DNA from: Welwitschia mirabilis
Taxonomy: Eukaryota
Length of the DNA: 62,681 nucleotides
Assembly: GCA_051453625.1 (NCBI GenBank)
Contig: JBOZIK010000001.1
Span: 15,533,778-15,596,458, forward strand
Reading direction: 5' to 3'
Shown here piece by piece: positions 54,330-62,681 of the stretch. A program made the translations under genes and the position numbers. How positions within the stretch are numbered: position 1 is the first letter of the stretch; the number at the start of each line of letters is the position of its first letter. Below the pieces are notes generated by a model. It saw only the letters and a program-made list of their open reading frames with translations. It was not told the DNA's origin and made no database searches.

Positions 54330-54574
54330 GTATTAATAAGAAATAATGAGAGGTAATAATATTTTATAACATAATTACATAAAATCTATAAATAATTTCT
54401 TAATGTAATATCACATCATTCCAATAGCAAAAAGAAATCATATGCATAATAAAAGTAAGAGCTTAGTTGGGAAGATTAATAAGACATTAATAGTTAAAGA
54501 TTGATAAATATCTAAGCTCAAGAGTCCCTTAGCTTAAAGCTTAAAGCTCTAAGCTCCATAAGAAAGAGAATGAA

Positions 54575-54678
54575 AGAGAGTGTGAGAGTATGTGTATGTC
54601 TGTGTGTATGAGAGAGAGTATGAGTGAGAGAGAGAAAAAGAGAAGAAGAAGAAGAAGAAAAAGAAGAAGAAGAAGAAG
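54575..54678. repeat. Compound (GA)/(GT)/(GAA)n microsatellite, probably within an LTR-like segment
   Basis: Directly visible. Confidence 0.85.
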
Positions 54679-55429
54679 CAGCAATTCACTTATACCAATT
54701 AAAAGAAAATTATCTTCTTTTTACAAGAGAGAAAAGGATATCTATATACAGATAAACAAAGTTACATAGCTCAAGGTCACAAGATCACATGATTTAGAAT
54801 TGATAAGTGGGATAAGTAATAAGTGACATTGGAGTATAAAAAGTTATCATATTTATGACTCATGTACCTAACTAGGATAAGTAATATTCTTACTTTAATT
54901 AGTAAGGTTAATTACATGTATCATTTCATCATGCTAGCTTNNNNNNNNNNNNNNNNNNNNNNNNNNNNNNNNNNNNNNNNNNNNNNNNNNNNNNNNNNNN
55001 NNNNNNNNNNNNNNNNNNNNNNNNNNNNNNNNNNNNNNNNNNNNNNNNNNNNNNNNNNNNNNNNNNNNNNNNNNNNNNNNNNNNNNNNNNNNNNNNNNNN
55101 NNNNNNNNNNNNNNNNNNNNNNNNNNNNNNNNNNNNNNNNNNNNNNNNNNNNNNNNNNNNNNNNNNNNNNNNNNNNNNNNNNNNNNNNNNNNNNNNNNNN
55201 NNNNNNNNNNNNNNNNNNNNNNNNNNNNNNNNNNNNNNNNNNNNNNNNNNNNNNNNNNNNNNNNNNNNNNNNNNNNNNNNNNNNNNNNNNNNNNNNNNNN
55301 NNNNNNNNNNNNNNNNNNNNNNNNNNNNNNNNNNNNNNNNNNNNNNNNNNNNNNNNNNNNNNNNNNNNNNNNNNNNNNNNNNNNNNNNNNNNNNNNNNNN
55401 NNNNNNNNNNNNNNNNNNNNNNNNNNCCT

Positions 55430-58400
55430 TCATAGGCTCATAGGTAATTTTAATTCATTCAAGACATGCATCAAAAGAATAAATTCATAAATCTTAAAAT
55501 TTTAATGTGGCATAATGAGACAAAAATTTCAATTTTATTGAATAAAGTAATGATTATGCTATGAACTAAGTGCCTTCATACATCTCAAGAACATAATAGT
55601 TATGATAGAATAAATCTACTTATTTATCATTCTTGGTTCTAAGTAAGAGTGCATGTACTTGTTCAAATGCTCATTTATTTTAAAATGAATAAAATCTATC
55701 AATTACAAGGAAGTAATTATTTATTCCTAATATAGTACACCTATCACATTCATCAAGAATCTAAATGAGTAAATAAGGTGTAAAAGATATTATTATGTCC
55801 TCTTTAAAATATTAAATTAATTAGTTTTATCACGTTATTTTAATTCCTCACATAATGATATTATCTAATTTTAAATATTTGGATAGATTTTCTAATAAAA
55901 ACCTTTTAACATAATTTTTATCAATTTCATGATAAATTATATTTATTAAAAACTAAGATTAATTTAAAATAATATTTTATTTTAATAAGGAATTTAAATA
56001 GGATAATTAATAATTTGACTAAAAGCTTAATATACTTAATATTCAAGTAAATAAGGTCTACAAGATATGGGATATGACACAATGCTTGATTCTTGTACAT
56101 AGTCCTTAATTATTAGATGGGCTTTACATTTATTTACTATGTTATCATGATTGTATTTATTGCAGTAAATCCACTTTGTGCAAATAATATTTATATCCTT
56201 TAGTCTTAAGATAAGAATCCAATTCTTGTTCTTTTTAACTTACCTCATTTCTTCTATCATCACCTTTATCCAATGTGATTAATCTTTGGCATATTTCTAG
56301 CATAATGGATCTTCATTCATGATTTTAAAATTTCTAGCTAACTATTCTTATAGCAATAATGAATTTTCTTGTAGCTTAGCAATAGCATTAAGAGTTTGTA
56401 ATTGATTTTAAGCTTTAATGAGAACTAATGTAGGATCTATGATAGTGGATCTATTATGATATGAATTTAATATTTTAAGAATGCTTGAATTTTTAGGAAT
56501 TTGATTAAGCATTTCAACTTCTTAATTTTGAATTTCCTCAATATTTTGATCAATAATTTGATTTTCATCAACTCACTCAAAAGATTATTTTGGAATGAAA
56601 TCAACCTCATCATACTCAAAATCACTAGATTCATGATGACTTTAATCATTATTTTTAATTTTATTAATATCTAAATTTTCTATAATTTTTCTATGGTTTA
56701 TATCATAGCATTGATATGACTTATTTATGCTAGAATATCTAACAAGTATAGAAGATTTAAATTTAGATTCAAGCTTATCTATTCTAGGTTTTACTTCTAT
56801 AGCCAAGCATTTAGTACTAAATACTTGAAAATGTGATAAATTAGCTTTGTATTCATATCATTGTTTATAAGGTATTCAATCTAAGAGATTCCTAGTAACC
56901 ATCTGATTTTGGATTCATTTGGCTATTTTAAATACTCTTTTCCAAGAGGTTTTTCTTAAATTAGCTTAAATTGTTATGGTTCTTTCCATGTTAAATAGAA
57001 AACAATTCTTATATTTAGTAATTTCATTTTGTTGTACTGTGGAGACATTATTTGATAATAAATTCCNNNNNNNNNNNNNNNNNNNNNNNNNNNNNNNNNN
57101 NNNNNNNNNNNNNNNNNNNNNNNNNNNNNNNNNNNNNNNNNNNNNNNNNNNNNNNNNNNNNNNNNNTGGAGACATTATTTGATAATAAATTCCACATTGC
57201 TCTAAATAATTTAAAAATTTATATGATTAGTACTTACATCATCTATAGGTTTGTAAGCATTTAAAATTTATATCTATATTCCTTGCTATCCATCTTCGAA
57301 AAACTTTAAAGTAATGGAAAGTTTAAGATTTATATTTCATAAAATACACATGACATTATCTAGAAAAATCATTACTAAAAGTAATAAAGTACATACTTCC
57401 ATTCAAGAATTTTGTTTAGAATAGACCACAAATATCTAAACAATTAAAGAGATCTTTTGTAAAGTTTTAAAAGTTATCTTTCAAATGAGACTGTAGTTTG
57501 TTTTCTTTGTAAACACTCTTTGCATTGACTTATTAGCTAAAATGTTTATGTGGGAAATACTCTTACAAGATTATTTTTTATTACTTCGTCTATGTACTTG
57601 ACTAAGGTATGATATAGTTTTTTGTGCCATGTCAAAAAATATCTTCTATAGAGAGAATTACTTTATCAAAAATGATCTGATGTAAGTTTTTCTAGTTTTA
57701 AGGATTTCTATGCTTTTTACCTTTTAATAAAATACATTTTTTATCATGGAAATAATTATTAAATCCATTACTAATCAATTATTACAAACTAATCAAGTTA
57801 TAACAATATTCAAGAATCTAGTAAACATCATTAATTTTAAAATTTTACCTTTGTGATTCTTCATAACAACATGTCTTATCCCTTGGTTTGACTATCATAT
57901 CACCTCCAAATATTACCATTTCAAGATCCTTAACATTGTGATTCTGGAACAAGTCCTTTTTATAAGTTATGTATTTTGAATGACTATTATCAATGTACCA
58001 AAACTTTAACCTGTCAGATGAGGATATCAAATTCAAATGTAAAGTTATTTTTTCAACTACAAAACCACTAACTTTTACTTATTTGATTTTATCCTTTTCT
58101 TCATAATTTTCTTATAAGTATGGTTTTTTATAATAGTCACATTTTTTAGCCACCTTTGATTCATGTGTATCACTTCATTTCTTCTTTTCATAGTCTTTAA
58201 CATAATATTCTTTCTTATATTAGTAGTAACATTTTCTCATTTCTTTCCAAGATTAATGATTTTATGGAAACTTTATTGAAGTAAAGTTTTATCTACCTTA
58301 TGTATTTCTATCTCCTCTACCATGTTAAGAACCTTAACCATATAATCATCTAGTAGTGGATATTTTAAAGATTATCAATTTTTTTCCCTTCCTTCTNNNN

Positions 58401-59720
58401 NNNNNNNNNNNNNNNNNNNNNNNNNNNNNNNNNNNNNNNNNNNNNNNNNNNNNNNNNNNNNNNNNNNNNNNNNNNNNNNNNNNNNNNNNNNNNNNNTAAG
58501 GTTAAGGTATTCAAACATATAAAGTTATTAATTTTTATGGTGATAGATTTAAAAAGATTTTATAAGAGACCTTAAAACTTTTAGAGCAATGTCATTACTT
58601 GGAATTTCATAATATAGATTAAACATTATCTTGAATAAATCTTTGGCTCTTTGAATAAAGATCTAAACATTGTCTCCTTCTTTCATTTTAATGTTATAAA
58701 ACTTAATCCTTATATTTTATAACCTTATAAATATTATTTTCTCATGATCTTAATAGACTTTATTCAAGCCTCTTTAGAGTTTGTAGGCTAAGTTATACTT
58801 TCTTATCTTCTTAAATTCATTATTAGGTATCCTTGATTGGATGATTAACATTGCCTTACAATCATATTTTATATAGTTCTAATAATCCCTAGGATCATCT
58901 TCTAGTTTAGTAGAAGAAAAGTTGATCTCGACATAATCCCAAAAATCATAAGATTTAAGATAGATTTCCATTGTATGTTGTCAAATCTCAAAGGAACTGA
59001 CATTAAAATATGATAATTTTCCTTTTATTTTGATTTACTAGTAAGTGGAAATGAACTTAAATAATTTGAGTCTTTACTAGTAAGTTTGAGATGGTTACTT
59101 TGGAGTTTCCTTGTTGAAAAAACTCTTAACTAAGATATTATCCTAGATTTATTAATATTTTTAATAAAATAATTCTATGATTTAAAAATTAATAACTTGT
59201 ACAAACAAATGTAAAGATCCCATTATCATTCAAAGAATAGATTGTATAAGATAAACATTTAGATCTATAATAGAATTATTAAAATTTATTAAGATTTTAT
59301 GTAAAAAGAAACATTTATATATCTAATGGAATTATTCAAAGTTAAAAAGCTTTCATGCAAAAACGAAACATTTATATTTATAATAGAATTGTTAAAAAAT
59401 TGAGAATAAAACACTTTTAAGAATTTGGCATAAATTTGTGCAGCAAAAGTTTTTAAAAAATGCGCTAGAATTTGTTTAATATTTATCTACAAAACATCAA
59501 GAATTTTCTAGAGGACTATATAAGAATATATATTTGAAAAGAAAAAATAACACCAAAATTTGAAAAGAGAAAAACATATTTCAAGAATTTGTGATGCTAA
59601 AGTTCATTAAGAAATTAATATAAGTTTGAGAAAAAATTAACTATATTTCAATGGCATTTTAGTAAGGACCTAGTAGAATTTGATAAGAGCTCTAATAGCA
59701 CTTGAGATTCTTAGGTTTAG
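55430..59720 (-). mobile_element. Heavily degraded, internally deleted Ty1/copia with a long 5' UTR (possibly SIRE-like)
   Basis: Met-PBS-like gctctaatagca (59689-59700) next to a tga LTR end. gag KLSYFNVSSFEI.QHTMEIYLKSYDFWDYVE (~58925-59020), protease FWYIDNSHSKYITYKKDLF, pre-integrase WHKKLYH and faint RT/RNase H remnants toward 55430. Confidence 0.7.
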
Positions 59721-61049
59721 CTATAGGAAAAAAATGTAGTATGATCCTAGACCCACTTTAAATTTCAAAATTAATTTTATAAATTATTTTTTATTTAAGT
59801 CATGAAAAATGTAGCAAAATAATAATTGATAAAGTTATAATATGATGGCATAGATTTATAATGTTACAAACCATAAAACTTGGATACTTACAGGAAATTA
59901 AATATGCAATTATGCATAATATGCACTTACTTTTTTGAAATTTGATGATTGCTTGAACTTGCTAAAGTTTCCTCTATCTCTTTTATTACTACTATATTTT
60001 TTTATAGATTAAGTTATAAATATTTCATACTCCTTTATGTATCTGAGTATGTAAGAAGATGTTTATACAAATTAATAAAGAACCTAGAATAAACAACCTT
60101 AAAAAAATAAAACACCTTAATAATATTAATTTCTTATCATGGCCCTGGCTTGGCTAGCATGTGGAGTATGATTTATGATGAATTAGCTTTATCTCTTTTT
60201 TGTATATGAATCAAATTTACTTATTTTTCTTTTACTTTTTACTTATTATTTTAAATTTTTTTTCTTGGATGTTTAAGTAATTACCTTTTATTCCTATGCA
60301 GAGTTTTCTATCTCAACAAAACATAATCAAAATCATTTCATCATTTTTGCTTCTAGAACTGGAATGTTATTTATTCTCTACTTTTTTGATTCCAATCAAA
60401 TGAAGGATGAATAATTAAAATATTAATCATCTAAATTATTGATTAGTTATATGTCATGCATGGAAAAGAATAATTAGAGAATAAGTATATGAGTAATGTA
60501 TTATTAGGTTAACATAACTAATTTAAAAAATTATTATGTTAGTAACATGGCATGAAATAACATGTTTTAATACAAATTTTGAATACGCAAATTTTACCTT
60601 CAAAGGAAAAAATAATTCTTTCCACTAAAACTTTATAAAGTTGAATATTATTAATTTTGAAAATTAATAATAACAAGAAGAAAAATATCTAAAATTAAAA
60701 GTGTAACAAACCATTTGAGTTACAAAGTCTTAAGTTCAAGACTGGAGGAGGTGGTTCATTTATAAACTACCTACCTTAAATACTATTTTAATGATGTTTC
60801 ATTATTAAGTATTAATTATTTCAATTATTATACTAAAATATTGAAATATTATAAATTTTTATTTCTTTACTTCTTATTTATACTATTTACAAAACCATCA
60901 AAAATGTTATGCATTTAATTGTAAAATTTGAATTTGGAGCATTTTTAACCTAAATCATAAGCATAATATTAAAAGTATCTGCATCTAAATCCTAGCATTG
61001 TATTAGACCATTATCGCACTCTAATTTCCAAGATAGTATTAGAGATGGT

Positions 61050-61170
61050 AGTTTTAATCTTAAGAAAAAAATAGCCAAAATAGAACTATTAGTTTTAATC
61101 CTATGAAACGATAGCTAAAATAGAGTTAATGACTTTAATCCTATGAATAGTAGCTAAACTAGAGTTCATG
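61050..61170. repeat. Degenerate minisatellite, ~40-bp unit x3
   Basis: The unit ttttaatcctatgaa...atagctaaaatagagtt recurs at ~61051, ~61092 and ~61132. Confidence 0.7.
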
Positions 61171-62681
61171 ATTGAAGTATAAAGATACTACCATTAAATT
61201 TAATAAAGTTATACCTTTAAAATCTAATGGTTTCATCTTGAAATAACAAATTGTAATAAAAATGAAATTAGTTCATAAAACTTTATAAAGTTGTAATAGG
61301 TAGTTGTGCTTACTTATGAAGTAAAACAAATTTAATTATTTTATTAATTAAAATTTGGTAACCAAAATTTTAAGTTATGATAGAAGATATGATTAGAATG
61401 GACATCATAATAATTCATCTAACTTTGAGAAGTATAATAAAAAATAAAGCATGATCATTTTTTATTTAATGCTAATCATAAAATGTGTATAATATGAAGT
61501 AGTCAAACTAAGAAAAAGTTAGGTCTTATAATGTGTTATGACTTATATTACATCAAAAAATTAAAAATGCTCATTGAATATCAGTAACCTATAGTTGTAA
61601 CTGATGAAACTAAAGAACCAAACTAAGAGCATTGAAACTAAGATAAAGATGATTAAGAGGGAGTTGTCCATTTATAAAACATTAAAATACCATAAAACAT
61701 TAAGAAATAATAATAAACTTCATATAATATTTGAAGAATTATGATTTTATATTTTGGATCACTAAACCAATTAGATTAACATTGATAGAATAAATAAAGT
61801 ACACATGTTAGAGATTTTTTTAGATAATAATCAAAATACCCATAAATAAAGTTACAAAACTAGGAAATCAATAGCATAGTTAATCCCATTTTATTCTTAT
61901 TCAATCATGATAAAGTTTAAAAATAATAAAGGTATCATTTTTAAAGGCTAAGAAAAAATAAGAATCCATGTTTTTCTTTGCAACAGAATATGAAAACATG
62001 CTTTCCTTTTTCTTACTTTTTAAAACACTATTAAAAAGAAATATCTATGACATGAGTTAAGTTGTCTTCACATTAATAAATATTATGGATGTATACTTGA
62101 GACGTATAATTTCCAAAAATTAGTATTAGATGATTTGTTAGATTTAAAAAATAAAGAATCTTGCTAAATTAGGTAAAATAAAATTAATGAAATCTTCAAA
62201 TTTCTTTTAAAATCCCAAGGTTAAACATATAAAATGAGTTAAAAAAAGGATCAAAGATAACATTTGTTTTACATTTCATTCTTTCATTAACAAAGTTAAA
62301 TTATATGAGTTTGAAACTATACACTCTTGCATTTTTTACATTTCTACATACATATAATGCTATATTTAATAAGTGCATTACTATTTTCTTTAATTCCCTA
62401 CTTAATTTATGGAATTTTGATTTTCATTTTTATTTTTGAATTTTCTTTTTATCTACTTAATATGCTAGTATACCACTAAATCTAGTATAAATTCAATGCA
62501 TGATGTTAACTTATAAAAAAAGATTTGAATTACTTTAAACCTATTAAAACTTATAGTAATATGAATGAGTTATCATATAAATCCATCCATTATCCAATTT
62601 TACATTTACCAAGTATATTGTAATAAGTTTATGAAATATTTTAACTTTATCAAAGTATATTCAAAAATATAAAAAAAATAG

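Noticed and set aside
54330-54940. Possible 3' LTR of the Copia at 55430-59720
   Set aside because: LTR-like composition, but no visible match to the sequence right of 59703, and the PPT junction is lost in the gap.
57039-57193. Identical 27-bp direct repeat TGGAGACATTATTTGATAATAAATTCC (superficially CRISPR-like)
   Set aside because: Only two copies, directly flanking a 100-N gap: an unmerged contig overlap.
61050-61170. Regularly spaced ~40-bp repeats as a possible CRISPR array
   Set aside because: Degenerate head-to-tail units with no unique spacers and no cas genes, in a eukaryotic context.
59720-62681. Possible host gene promoter or intron in the AT-rich tail
   Set aside because: No ORF, convincing exon pair or recognisable motif; cannot be supported.

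Overview
This is very AT-rich, CpG-depleted eukaryotic DNA, almost certainly plant heterochromatin or intergenic sequence, from a gapped scaffold. No intact host gene, RNA gene or CRISPR array is visible. The window is a nest of decayed LTR retrotransposons. (1) A minus-strand Athila-like Ty3/gypsy element A (1863-14150, with ~1.2 kb LTRs, gag-pol and an env-like/Transposase_32-type extra ORF) is inserted in the RNase H of an older Athila-like element B. The 5' half of A plus its flank is tandemly duplicated (14337-~20380). (2) A tandem LTR-PPT-LTR-PBS array leads into element C, whose gag carries a younger probable solo LTR with a perfect AACAT TSD. (3) Element D (30793-43271) is interrupted by a circularly permuted Ty1/copia (pol-PPT-LTR-PBS-gag, single central LTR). 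This is the most unusual structure here and is compatible with capture of a 1-LTR circle. (4) The rest comprises a chromovirus (Tekay/Del-like) PPT/LTR remnant, a non-autonomous Athila-derived element E (45718-54329), a heavily degraded Copia (~55430-59720) and an unannotated AT-rich tail. Family names come from motif recognition by eye, not from database searches. I see no evidence for a novel protein-coding system; the interesting signals are structural.
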